Under the pieces are notes generated by a model that did not search any database, was not told where the DNA came from, and saw only the letters and a list, made by a program, of their open reading frames with translations. 64,000 nt of DNA from an uncultured delta proteobacterium (lineage in GTDB: Bacteria > Myxococcota > Myxococcia > Myxococcales > Myxococcaceae), in contig CAVQKE010000004.1 in assembly GCA_963713045.1 (NCBI GenBank), forward strand, positions 992,001 to 1,056,000. The letters run 5' to 3'. Position numbers and translations under genes: made by a program. Shown here piece by piece: positions 43,877 through 53,081 of the stretch. How positions within the stretch are numbered: the stretch's first letter is position 1; every line of letters starts with the position of its first letter.

Positions 43877-45138
43877 CTTCGCCGCTGCGCCGCGCCACGC
43901 CCGAGGAGCAGTTTGCCGAAATCACCCGCGGCAGCATCGAAGTTCACGTTGCCGAGGAGTTGAAGGCCAAGCTGAAGCGCTCCTATGAAAAGGAGGAGCC
44001 GCTGCTGGTGAAGGCTGGCTTCGACCCGAGCCGCCCCGACCTCCACCTCGGGCACACGCTTCTGCTCAGCCGGATGCGGCGCTTTCAGGACTTCGGCCAC
44101 CAGGTGGTGTTTCTCATCGGCGACTTCACCGGCCTCATCGGTGACCCCTCGGGGAAAAATGTGACCAGGCCGGCACTCTCCCGGGCCGAGGTCCTGGCCA
44201 ACGCCGAGACCTACAAGACGCAGGTGTACAAGGTGCTGGACCCAGCCCGGACGCAGGTGCGCTTCAACTCCGAGTGGCTGGATGCCCTCGGCACCGAAGG
44301 CGTGGTGCGGCTGGCCGCGCGCTGGCCACTGGCCCGGATGCTGGAGCGCGAGGACTTCAAGACGCGCTTTCGGGAAGGAAAAACCATCGCCCTGCATGAG
44401 CTGCTCTACCCACTGCTTCAGGGGTACGACTCGGTGGCGCTGAAGGCCGACGTGGAACTGGGCAGCAGCGACCAGCTTTTCAACCTGTTGGTGGGCCGCA
44501 CCCTGATGCGCGAGCTTCAGCTGGAGCCCCAAGTCATCCTCACCGGGCCCCTCCTCGAAGGCTTGGACGGCCGGCTGGAGGGCGGAAAAATTGTCGGCGA
44601 GAAAATGTCCAAAAGCCTGGACAACTACGTCGGCATCTCTGAAGCCCCGGAGGCGATGTTCGGAAAGCTGATGTCCATCTCGGATGACCTCATGTGGCGC
44701 TACCTGGAATTGTTGTCCGCCCGGCCGCTGGCCGAAGTCCGCTTGGCCCAGGCGGAGGTGGCCGCCGGCAAGCTTCATCCCAAGGAGGTGAAGGTGGGCT
44801 TCGCCATGGAGATGGTGGAGCGTTTCCATGGCGCGCCGGCCGCGCGTCAGGCGGCCGCAGACTTTGACACTCGCTTCCGCAAGAAGCAGCTGGACGTGGA
44901 GCGCCTGCCTGAGTATCGCGTGCCGCTGCCGGCCGGCGCCGCCGCGGTCGCCCTCGTCCGGGCCCTGGCAGACACCGGCCTCGTCTCCTCCACCAGCGAT
45001 GGCCGACGCCTCATTACCCAGCGGGCGGTGCGGGTGGACGGCGGCGTTGTCTCCGACGTGAAGACGGAACTCGGCCAGGGCAGCTACCTGGTGCAAGTGG
45101 GGAAGCTTCGGGCCGCCCTGCTAACCGTCGCCGCCTGA
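43873..45138 (+). CDS. tyrS: Tyrosine--tRNA ligase
   Basis: GFDPSRPDLHLGH, IGDPSG, YPLLQGYD, KMSKS, C-terminal S4-like domain. Confidence 0.97.
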   Translation: MTSPLRRATPEEQFAEITRGSIEVHVAEELKAKLKRSYEKEEPLLVKAGFDPSRPDLHLGHTLLLSRMRRFQDFGHQVVFLIGDFTGLIGDPSGKNVTRPALSRAEVLANAETYKTQVYKVLDPARTQVRFNSEWLDALGTEGVVRLAARWPLARMLEREDFKTRFREGKTIALHELLYPLLQGYDSVALKADVELGSSDQLFNLLVGRTLMRELQLEPQVILTGPLLEGLDGRLEGGKIVGEKMSKSLDNYVGISEAPEAMFGKLMSISDDLMWRYLELLSARPLAEVRLAQAEVAAGKLHPKEVKVGFAMEMVERFHGAPAARQAAADFDTRFRKKQLDVERLPEYRVPLPAGAAAVALVRALADTGLVSSTSDGRRLITQRAVRVDGGVVSDVKTELGQGSYLVQVGKLRAALLTVAA

Positions 45139-45744
45139 GCCGGACGCCGCCTTCAGGCCCAGCCCCACCAGGTACACCTCGGCACTGGCCGAGCGCGTGG
45201 CCTCCGGCCGCACCACCGTGACCTTTTGGTAGCTGCCGCGCAATTGGTCCCTGAAGCCCTCGAAGTCCCCTCCCATGAAAAGCTTCACCAGGAAGCTGGA
45301 CCCGGCCCGGCCGCGTGCCCGGGCCACTTGCAGCGCCCGCTCAGCCAGCCGAAGGCTCCGGGCCTCGTCGCTGGTGCGAATGCCAGTTGTCTTTGGCGCC
45401 AAGTCCGACAGCACCGCGTCAAACGGCCCGGGGGCGAGCCGCTCCAACACCTCCAAGGCGTCCGGGGCCAGGACGTCCAGGACGGCCGTCCGCACCCAGG
45501 CCTCGCCGAAGGGCCGCAGCGGCACCGTGTCCACGCCCACCGCCAGCCCCTCGGGCCCCACCGCCTCGGCGATGACTTGCAGAAACCCGCCCGGCGCCGC
45601 CCCCAAGTCCAGCACCCGGGCGCCCTTGCGCAACAGCTGGAAGCGGCGGGCCACCTCTTCCAGCTTGAAGGCACTTCGGGCGCGGAAGCCCTCAGCCTTC
45701 GCCTTCTGGAAGTAGAAGTCCTTCGGGCGGTAGGGCTTTCCCAT
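45121..45744 (-). CDS. rlmE: 23S rRNA Um2552 methyltransferase RlmE/FtsJ
   Basis: RARSAFKL, DLGAAPGG, SDLAP, VKLF, EVY (K-D-K-E tetrad). Confidence 0.93.
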   Translation of the reverse strand: MGKPYRPKDFYFQKAKAEGFRARSAFKLEEVARRFQLLRKGARVLDLGAAPGGFLQVIAEAVGPEGLAVGVDTVPLRPFGEAWVRTAVLDVLAPDALEVLERLAPGPFDAVLSDLAPKTTGIRTSDEARSLRLAERALQVARARGRAGSSFLVKLFMGGDFEGFRDQLRGSYQKVTVVRPEATRSASAEVYLVGLGLKAASGSGGDG

Positions 45745-45831
45745 GGGCCTTCCTCAGGTGCTCTAGCGCGGTGCGGCGCTTCGACGCCAGTGCACAAGCC
45801 GCACCGCCGGGCGGTAGAGTGCGGCCCCGAG

Positions 45832-46119
45832 ATGCCCGGGTGCGCATGGTGCGGCAGCCGTCTGGACGTGGTCGGTAACCAAATCGGCCGGGGAGACACC
45901 TGTCCGGAATGCGGCCACGACTTGCATGCCTGTCGCCAATGCCGCCACTACGACGAAAGCGTGGCCAAACAATGCAAGGAGCCCTTCGCCGAAGTCCCGA
46001 GCGACAAGGACGACGCCAACTTCTGCGACTTTTTTCAAATCGGCGATGGCGGGCACACCGGCCAGGCCAACCGCAACCGCCTCCTGTCGGAGGCCGAGGC
46101 ATTGTTTTCCAAGAAATGA
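45832..46119 (+). CDS. Small Cys-rich metal-binding protein (95 aa)
   Basis: CAWC, CPEC, CRQC, C, NFCDFF; stop overlaps next start. Confidence 0.75.
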   Translation: MPGCAWCGSRLDVVGNQIGRGDTCPECGHDLHACRQCRHYDESVAKQCKEPFAEVPSDKDDANFCDFFQIGDGGHTGQANRNRLLSEAEALFSKK

Positions 46120-47060
46120 AGTCGGCCCACGGCGCCGCCGGGGTCCGGCTTCGCCGCGGCGCGCTGGCGGTGGCGGCACTGGCGATGGCGGGCTGTCAGT
46201 ACATGCCCCATGCCTATGAGCCGCATTCTGCGCAAATTCCAGAGGCGCGGACCCTCCCCGTCCAGGGCGCCTTCCTCACCTTCATCAGCGTCGGCTCGGG
46301 GCAGCCCGTCGTCTTCGTCCACGGCAACATCGCCGACTTGCGCATCTGGCATGCCCAGCAGGGCCCGGCCTTCAAGCGCTACCAGCTGGTGGCTTACAGC
46401 CGGCGCTACCACTACCCCAACGCCTGGACTGGCAATGGCACCGACTACACCGAGGCCAACAACATCCATGACTTGGTGAGCCTGTTGCGCAGCCTCAACC
46501 TGAGCCACGTCCACCTGGTAGGCCAGGGCGCGGGGGCCCAGCTGGCGGTGGAGGTGGCTCTGGCCCACCCGGAGCTGGTCCGCAGCCTGGTGTTGGTGGA
46601 GCCGGACATGGCCGCCGCGGCCGTCCAGCAGCCGGACTTCGCGTCCCTCACCACCGAAAGGGCCCAACTGCAGCAGCAGATGGAGATGGACCTGCGCACT
46701 GAGGAGGCCGAGAAGGCAGCCCGGCTGCTGTTTGACTGGGCCAACGCCAGCACCGGCGCCTACGACGCGCTGCCGCCGCCGCTGAAGGGCGAAATTCTCG
46801 ACAACGCGAGCGTCCTCGGCTTCTTCCTCTCGGCGCCGCCCCCCTCCATGCCCTGTTCGGAGTTGGCCCGCCTCAGTGTGCCCACCCTGGTGGTGACCGG
46901 CGAGCGCACCAACCTCTTCTACGCCGCCGTCGGCGAATCCGTCGCCGGCTGCATCCCCAAGGCCGTTCGGGAAGTCATCCCCATGGCCAGCCACGTCGTC
47001 CAGCGCGAGAACCCGGACGTCTTCAACGCCACCGTGGTCGGTTTCCTCGCGGTGCACTGA
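46116..47060 (+). CDS. Alpha/beta-hydrolase-fold lipoprotein lacking the Ser nucleophile
   Basis: Lipobox-like AMAGC; VVFVHG, elbow VGQGAGA, PTLVVTGE, ASH. Confidence 0.82.
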   Translation: MKSAHGAAGVRLRRGALAVAALAMAGCQYMPHAYEPHSAQIPEARTLPVQGAFLTFISVGSGQPVVFVHGNIADLRIWHAQQGPAFKRYQLVAYSRRYHYPNAWTGNGTDYTEANNIHDLVSLLRSLNLSHVHLVGQGAGAQLAVEVALAHPELVRSLVLVEPDMAAAAVQQPDFASLTTERAQLQQQMEMDLRTEEAEKAARLLFDWANASTGAYDALPPPLKGEILDNASVLGFFLSAPPPSMPCSELARLSVPTLVVTGERTNLFYAAVGESVAGCIPKAVREVIPMASHVVQRENPDVFNATVVGFLAVH

Positions 47061-47109
47061 CGCTTGGGGGCGGCAGGCCGCTGCACCCCCCCATTTCCGC
47101 CTCCCCGCC

Positions 47110-48249
47110 TTAGAAGCCCTCCAGCTTGGCGAGAATTTCCTTCATCACCTCGGACGTCCCGCCCCCAATGGTGACCAGGCGCACGTCCCGCCAGGCGCGC
47201 GCAATGTGCGTCTCGTCGATGTAGCCCATGCCCCCGAGAAACTGCTGGCAGTCGTAGGCCACCCGTTGCGCCAAGTCCCCGGCGAAAAGCTTGGCCATGG
47301 AAATCTCGCGCACCGGGTATTGCTTCGCCTCGAAAAGGTCCACCGCGTGGTAGGTGAGGCGCTTGGCTGCTTCAATGGCCGCCAGGTGTTCCACGAATTT
47401 GTGGCGCCACACTTGGAAACCGAGGATGGGGCGCCCAAAGGCCTTGCGTTCCCGCCCCCAGGCCAGCGCCTCCTCCACCATCCGCTCCATGCCGGCGACG
47501 GTGCCGATGGCCGCCACCAGGCGCTCCCCTTGGAAGTTGCTCATGATGTGGGCGAAGCCCTGGTTCTCCTCGCCCAGCAGGTAGCGCACCGGCACCTTGG
47601 CGTCCTCGAAGTAGAGGATGGCGGTGTCTGAGGCGAGGTTGCCCACCTTGTCGAGCTTCTTGCTGACGCCAAAGCCGCGGATGTCGGTCGGCACCGTCAG
47701 CAGGGAGATGCCGGGGTAGCCGGCTCCGCCGGTCCGCACGGCGCAGGTGAGGAAGTCGGCGCGGGTTCCGTTGGTAATCCACATTTTGGAACCGTTGAGG
47801 ACGTAGTCCCCGCCCACCCGGCGCGCACTGGTTTGCAGGCCCGCGACGTCTGAGCCCGCACCCGGCTCGCTGATGGCCAGGGCGGCGATTCTCTCGCCCT
47901 TCAGGGCCGGGGCGAGGAATTCACGCTTCTGCTCGTCGGTGCCGATTTCACCGATGATGGGCGTGGCAATCTGGCTCTGGACCAGGAGCGCCATGTTGAC
48001 GCCCGCGTTGTGGCTTCGGGTCAGCTCCTCGCAGAAGGCCGTCACATACCAGTAGTCCAGACCGCTGCCGCCCCAGGCCGGGTCATGGTTGATGCCGAGA
48101 AAGCCCAGCCCCCCACACTGCTGAAACACCTCCCGGGGAAAAATTCCGGCTCGGTCCCATTCCAGCGCGTGGGGAGCCAGTTCCTTCTCGACGTAGGCGC
48201 GCACCGTGCGGCGGAAGGCCTGGTGCTCCTCGGTGAAGTCGCTGTGCAT
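47110..48249 (-). CDS. Acyl-CoA dehydrogenase
   Basis: AISEPGAGSD, NGSKMWITNG, FQGERL, RKAFG, GGMGY, IGGGTSE. Confidence 0.95.
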   Translation of the reverse strand: MHSDFTEEHQAFRRTVRAYVEKELAPHALEWDRAGIFPREVFQQCGGLGFLGINHDPAWGGSGLDYWYVTAFCEELTRSHNAGVNMALLVQSQIATPIIGEIGTDEQKREFLAPALKGERIAALAISEPGAGSDVAGLQTSARRVGGDYVLNGSKMWITNGTRADFLTCAVRTGGAGYPGISLLTVPTDIRGFGVSKKLDKVGNLASDTAILYFEDAKVPVRYLLGEENQGFAHIMSNFQGERLVAAIGTVAGMERMVEEALAWGRERKAFGRPILGFQVWRHKFVEHLAAIEAAKRLTYHAVDLFEAKQYPVREISMAKLFAGDLAQRVAYDCQQFLGGMGYIDETHIARAWRDVRLVTIGGGTSEVMKEILAKLEGF

Positions 48250-48277
48250 GGGGGAAGACGCTGCCTCCGGAGGGGCG

Positions 48278-48293
48278 TTGATTTTTGAGTCAA
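48278..48293. promoter_or_regulatory. Putative palindromic operator TTGACT-N4-AATCAA upstream of acyl-CoA dehydrogenase
   Basis: AT-rich near-palindrome; near-identical copy at 52557-52572. Confidence 0.55.
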
Positions 48294-48501
48294 TCCCAAG
48301 CTGCACGCCCCATGCAAGCGGCGCCCGGGGCGGGACGTCCCCCGTCCTGGCAACGGGCCCCGCCCCGGCTGACGGTCAAGGTTCCCTTGCCGACGACAAC
48401 TGGGGTGCGGGGCAACGCCAGCCGGGCCCACCGCCGTCGCCAGCTGCATTCGGGCAATGCCGGCGCCAGGCCGGAGGGAAAACCAGGGTCGAGCCGACGG
48501 G

Positions 48502-51051
48502 TCAGCGTTGAGAAAGGCCAGTTTGGAACCGCGCGCTAGTCGAGGGTCCTGGCGAGACCAACTGCTTCATGAGTGGCGCCTTGAGCAGCTGCACCAGGAG
48601 CAGGTAGCTGACAGTGGCCGCCGCGAGGAAGAGAAAGTACGCGGCGGGCAGAGCGACGAATCCCAGCGGCCTGGCCAGGGGTGTCCAGGGGAGCACCGTC
48701 CCGAGCACCACCACGGCGAGGCAGGTGAGGGTGAGGGGCCAGCTGGGCCGGCTCCGGAAGGGGTTGCCCGCCGTGCGAATGACGAAGACGACCAGCACTT
48801 GGGTGGCCAGCGACTCGACAAACCACCCGGTATGGAATGCCGCCTCGGCCGCGTGGAAGACGTGCAGAAGCACCCAAAAGGTCAAGAAGTCGAAGACCGA
48901 GCTGATGGGGCCGATGAAGACCATGAAGTTGCGGATGACGCGGATGTCCCAGCGCTGAGGCCGACGCATGTACGTCTCGTCGACGTTGTCGGTGGGGATG
49001 GTGATTTGCGCAGTGTCGTACAGGAAGTTGTTGAGTAGAATTTGCGTCGGCAGCATCGGCAAGAAGGGAAGGAAGAGCGAGGCCGCGGCCATGCTGAACA
49101 TATTGCCGAAATTCGAGCTCGTCCCCATGAGCAGATATTTCATGACGTTGCCGAAGGCGCGTCGGCCAGCGAGGATGCCTTGGTGCAGCACCGCTAGGCT
49201 GTGTTCCAGGAGGATGATGTCGGCGGCTTCCCGTGCCACGTCCACCGCGCCGGCAACCGAAATCCCAACATCGGCGGTGTGAAGGGAGGGCGCGTCGTTG
49301 ATGCCGTCGCCGAGGTAGCCGACCACGTGACTGCGGTGCCGCAGCGCCAAGATGATGCGGTCCTTCTGCGCTGGGGAGACGCGAGCGAAGACCGTGGTCC
49401 GCTCCGCCACTTGCGACAGAGCCGGGTCCCCGAGGCGGGCCAGGGCCTCGCCAGTCACCACCTCACCCACGTCCAGGCCAACCTGAGCACAAACGTGGCG
49501 CGCGACGAGCGGGTCATCCCCAGAGAGAATCTTCACCTCGACGCCGTCGGCGCGGAGAGCGGCGAGCGTCGCGCCCACATCCGGGAGGGGTGGGTCGATG
49601 AAAGCGAGGAAGCCTTGCAACGTCATGCGGCTCTCGGCCTCGACGGAGCAGCTCTCCTCGGCCGGCATGGGGCGGGTCGCCACCCCCAGCACCCGAAGCC
49701 CCTCGGCGCTCATCGCCTGGTAAATCTGCTCACAGCGACGTCGGCTGGCCTGGTCCAAGTCGACGACGCTGCCCCGGCCCCAGGCCTCGGTGCAAACCGC
49801 CAACACGCTCTCGGGCGCGCCCTTGGTGATGAGCAGTGGTCCAGACGGCGTTTGGACCTGTACCGAAAGACGGCGGCGTTCGAAATCGAAGGGCACCTCG
49901 TCCCGTTTCGTCTCCACCGCGCTTGCGGCGCCGGTGGCGCGGAGAATGGCCGTGTCGAGCGGGCTGTGGATGCCGGTTTCGAATGTGCTGTTCAGCGCCG
50001 CCAGCCGTAGCACCTCCGGGCTGGGCACGCCGAAGCCATCCACCGAGCTATCGAGCTTCATCTCCCCGCTGGTGAGGGTTCCCGTCTTGTCGCTGCACAG
50101 CACGTCGATGCTGCCCAGGTTCTGAATGGCGGGCAGGTGCTTCACGATGACCTTCTGCCGGGCCATTCGCTCCGCACCCTGGGCCAGCGTGACGCTCGTA
50201 ATCATCGGCAGGAATTCGGGCGTGAGGCCCACCGCCAGCGACACGGCGAACAGCAGGGACTCGAAGGCCGGCCGGTGAAGGGCGAGGTTCACCACCAGGA
50301 TGAAAAGCACCAGGAAAAGGACGGTGCGCATGATGAGACCGCCGAAGTGCCGCAGCCCTCGCTCGAATTCCGTCTCCGGGGCCCGGGTGGCAAGACGAGC
50401 GGCGATTTCGCCGAAGGCCGTCCGCGGCCCGGTTTGCACCACCACCGCGGTCGCGGTTCCACTAACCACCGAGGTCCCGAGAAAGACGCGGTCGAGCGCC
50501 TCCGTTCCGGTGGTTGGCCCGGAGGGCTGCGGGGCGCCCACTTGCTTTTCCACCGGGAAGGACTCGCCCGTCAGAGCTGCCTGCTGGACGTACAGGTGCT
50601 TCGTCTCCAGCAGCCTCGCGTCTGCCGGCACGAGGTCTCCGGCGCTGAGCCGGAGGACGTCACCGGGAACCAGCTCGCGTCGGTTGAGTTCCTGCCACAC
50701 GCCGTCGCGGAGCACGGTTGCTGTCGGGGCGACGCTGTTGCGCAGCCGCAGCACCGTGCGCTGGGAGCGGTAGCTCTGCGCGAAATTCATCGCCACGCTG
50801 AGTAGGACGATGGTGATGATGATGGCCGCGTTCACCCATTCGCCGAGGGCGGCGGAAATGCCGCCGCTCACGAGGAGAATCAACACCAAGGGGTTGGCCA
50901 GGCCGGAGAAGAGCTCGGCCAGGGCGCTGAAGCGATTGCCAGAGGATGTCTCGTTGACACCCACCTCGGCGAGCCGGCGCGCGGCTTCCGCCGAAGTCAG
51001 TCCGAGTGGCACGGATGCTGTGCTGGTCTCGGTCCCACGCAGGTCCACCAC
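48502..51051 (-). CDS. mgtA: Mg2+-importing P-type ATPase
   Basis: TGES, TPEFLP, DKTGTLT, GDGINDAP, SSNFGN, NNFLYD, TGWFVES; start approximate (GTG 51051 or 51048). Confidence 0.92.
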   Translation of the reverse strand: MVDLRGTETSTASVPLGLTSAEAARRLAEVGVNETSSGNRFSALAELFSGLANPLVLILLVSGGISAALGEWVNAAIIITIVLLSVAMNFAQSYRSQRTVLRLRNSVAPTATVLRDGVWQELNRRELVPGDVLRLSAGDLVPADARLLETKHLYVQQAALTGESFPVEKQVGAPQPSGPTTGTEALDRVFLGTSVVSGTATAVVVQTGPRTAFGEIAARLATRAPETEFERGLRHFGGLIMRTVLFLVLFILVVNLALHRPAFESLLFAVSLAVGLTPEFLPMITSVTLAQGAERMARQKVIVKHLPAIQNLGSIDVLCSDKTGTLTSGEMKLDSSVDGFGVPSPEVLRLAALNSTFETGIHSPLDTAILRATGAASAVETKRDEVPFDFERRRLSVQVQTPSGPLLITKGAPESVLAVCTEAWGRGSVVDLDQASRRRCEQIYQAMSAEGLRVLGVATRPMPAEESCSVEAESRMTLQGFLAFIDPPLPDVGATLAALRADGVEVKILSGDDPLVARHVCAQVGLDVGEVVTGEALARLGDPALSQVAERTTVFARVSPAQKDRIILALRHRSHVVGYLGDGINDAPSLHTADVGISVAGAVDVAREAADIILLEHSLAVLHQGILAGRRAFGNVMKYLLMGTSSNFGNMFSMAAASLFLPFLPMLPTQILLNNFLYDTAQITIPTDNVDETYMRRPQRWDIRVIRNFMVFIGPISSVFDFLTFWVLLHVFHAAEAAFHTGWFVESLATQVLVVFVIRTAGNPFRSRPSWPLTLTCLAVVVLGTVLPWTPLARPLGFVALPAAYFLFLAAATVSYLLLVQLLKAPLMKQLVSPGPSTSARFQTGLSQR

Positions 51052-51065
51052 GGTTGGGGACAAGC

Positions 51066-52202
51066 TTATATGACGCCCAGGGCGTCCATCTCCGCCGGGC
51101 TGAAGCCGGCCTCGGCCAGCACCTGGCGGCCGTGCGCCCCCAGGGCCGGCGCGCCCGCCTCCGGCACGGGCCCCAGCCGCAGCGGCGTGGCCAGGCGGCG
51201 TGCCCCGTCGGGCCCCTCGACGAAGAGGCCCCGCGCCTGAAATTGCGCCTGCTGCGTCACCTCCTCCGGCGTGCGCACGGCTTCGACGCAGGCGTCCAGT
51301 CCCCGCAGCCGCTCCTCCCAGCTGGCCAGCGGCGCCGAGGCGAAGAGGGCTTCCAATTCGCGGTGGACGTCCTCTGCCTCGCCGCCCTGGGCATAGGCCG
51401 GTAGGGCCAGTTCCGGCCGTCCGAGGCGCTCGCAAAGCGCCGTGAAGAAGCGCGGCTCGAGGGCGGCCACCGCCAGCTGTCGCCCGTCCGCGGTGGTGTA
51501 CAGCCGGTAGCAGGGCAGCCCGCCGTTGAGGATGTCTTTGCCCGGGCGCAGCGCCAACCCACCCGCCAGCTGCGCCGCCAGCGGCAGGTGGAGGAAGGCC
51601 GTCGCCGCGTCGGCCAGCGCCACGTCCACCAGGCGGCCTTCGCCGGTGCGCTCGCGCGCGGACAGGGCGGCGAGAATGCCCACCACGGCAAACAGGGCCC
51701 CGCCCACGTCGGCCAGCTGCCCGCCGGGCACCGCCGGTGCGCTGGCGTAGCCCACCACCCCCGCCCGCGCCTGGTAGCCCAAGTCATGGCCGGCCCGCAG
51801 GCGGTCCGGCCCCGTCTGCCCGAAGCCGGACAGCGCGCACACCACCAGCCGAGGGGACGCCGCCCGCAGGGCAGCGTGCCCAGCCCCCAGCCGCTCCAGG
51901 GTGCCCGGACGGAAGCCTTCCACCAGCACGTCATAGTGGCCGCACAGGCGCACCAGCGCTTGGGCTGCGCCCTTCACTTTCAGGTTCAGCACCAGCGAGC
52001 GCTTGCCGCGGTTGAGCCCGGAAAAGTAGGCGGACATCGGCGGTCCGCCGGGCGGCAAACTGCGCGTTGGGTCCCCGGAAGGCTCCTCCAGCTTGTCCAC
52101 CTGCGCCCCCAAGTCCGCCAGCAACAGGGTGGCGTAGGGGCCGGGAAGCTGCCGGGTGAGGTCCAACACCCGCAGCCCAGTGAGGGGGAGGCCCTCGGAC
52201 AT
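51066..52202 (-). CDS. CaiB/BaiF family III CoA-transferase, alpha-methylacyl-CoA racemase-like
   Basis: PLTGLRVLDL, PGP, LNRGKRS, EGFRPG, GHDLGY, ADVGG. Confidence 0.9.
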   Translation of the reverse strand: MSEGLPLTGLRVLDLTRQLPGPYATLLLADLGAQVDKLEEPSGDPTRSLPPGGPPMSAYFSGLNRGKRSLVLNLKVKGAAQALVRLCGHYDVLVEGFRPGTLERLGAGHAALRAASPRLVVCALSGFGQTGPDRLRAGHDLGYQARAGVVGYASAPAVPGGQLADVGGALFAVVGILAALSARERTGEGRLVDVALADAATAFLHLPLAAQLAGGLALRPGKDILNGGLPCYRLYTTADGRQLAVAALEPRFFTALCERLGRPELALPAYAQGGEAEDVHRELEALFASAPLASWEERLRGLDACVEAVRTPEEVTQQAQFQARGLFVEGPDGARRLATPLRLGPVPEAGAPALGAHGRQVLAEAGFSPAEMDALGVI

Positions 52203-52210
52203 GCGGGCGG

Positions 52211-52546
52211 CTAGGCCAGCAGCTTGCCCAGCTTCATCGCCAGGCCCATGTCCATCGGCTTGAATTTCAGCTTGCCCTGCATGGCAGCCATCTGCGCATT
52301 CAGCTGCTTGTTGCGAATCTTGACGAAGTCCGCTTCGGCCACCGTCACCGTCATCTTCGGCTCGCCCGACGCGCCGGCCGTCACCCAGCCGGCTGGCTTC
52401 GTCAAGTCCAACGTCCAGGTGCCGCCGCCGTCGCCGGTAATGACGAAGTGCACGACGGCATTAATCTCCTTGGCCAGCTCTGGCTTCGACGTCAGCAGCG
52501 CCGGAATGGTTTCCTCAAGAATGCTCTTGGCAGTGGCGTCAGCCAT
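52211..52546 (-). CDS. SCP2 sterol/lipid carrier domain protein
   Basis: ITGDGGGTWTLD, AAMQGKLK, MGLAMKL. Confidence 0.9.
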   Translation of the reverse strand: MADATAKSILEETIPALLTSKPELAKEINAVVHFVITGDGGGTWTLDLTKPAGWVTAGASGEPKMTVTVAEADFVKIRNKQLNAQMAAMQGKLKFKPMDMGLAMKLGKLLA

Positions 52547-52556
52547 GGTCCGGCTC

Positions 52557-52572
52557 CTGATTCCAAAGTCAA
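52557..52572. promoter_or_regulatory. Putative operator TTGACT-N4-AATCAG overlapping the SCP2 ribosome-binding site
   Basis: Second copy of the motif; downstream of a TTGACG-18-TACGGT promoter-like sequence (52583-52612, minus strand). Confidence 0.55.
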
Positions 52573-52806
52573 CGGCGGCCGCACCGTAACGGCCGGGCCG
52601 CCAAAGCGTCAAGCGGACAAGGGGGCGCCCCTTGCCTCCGGCGCCAGACGCAAGGCTTCCCTTCTGCAGTCGTGCGCTGTGCGTCCGACCGCCAGGGGGG
52701 TCGGGCAGCTTGCGCGCGGCTCGCGTTTGGTGCAGATGTGGATGCCGGTGCTTTTGGCGGCGCGCCCTTGGGGGGCGCTCGCCACCCTGGAAGAGGCGTT
52801 CACCGC

Positions 52807-53058
52807 ATGTTTGGTCTCAAGATGAGCGAGCTGGTCATCATCCTCGTCATCGCCCTGGTGCTGTTTGGCGGGGCGAAGTTGCCGCAGCTGGGCTCGTCGC
52901 TGGGCCAGGCCATCCGCAACTTCAAGAAGGGCTTTGGAGGCGAGGAGCAGACGCCCCCCGAGGCGCCGCAGCGGGCCGGTGGCACCCTGAGCGGCGGCGG
53001 CGACGCCGATGCCACCCCGCGGCCGCGCACCGCCACTCCCACCAGCAAGGACGTCTAA
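52807..53058 (+). CDS. tatA: Twin-arginine translocase TatA/E subunit
   Basis: ELVIILVIALVLFGGAKLPQLGSSLGQAIRNFKKG. Confidence 0.95.
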   Translation: MFGLKMSELVIILVIALVLFGGAKLPQLGSSLGQAIRNFKKGFGGEEQTPPEAPQRAGGTLSGGGDADATPRPRTATPTSKDV

Positions 53059-53081
53059 CTGCCCTGCAGCGGAGCCTCGAC

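Noticed and set aside
45121..45138. Convergent 18-nt overlap of tyrS and rlmE
   Set aside because: Short tail-to-tail overlaps are common in compact GC-rich genomes
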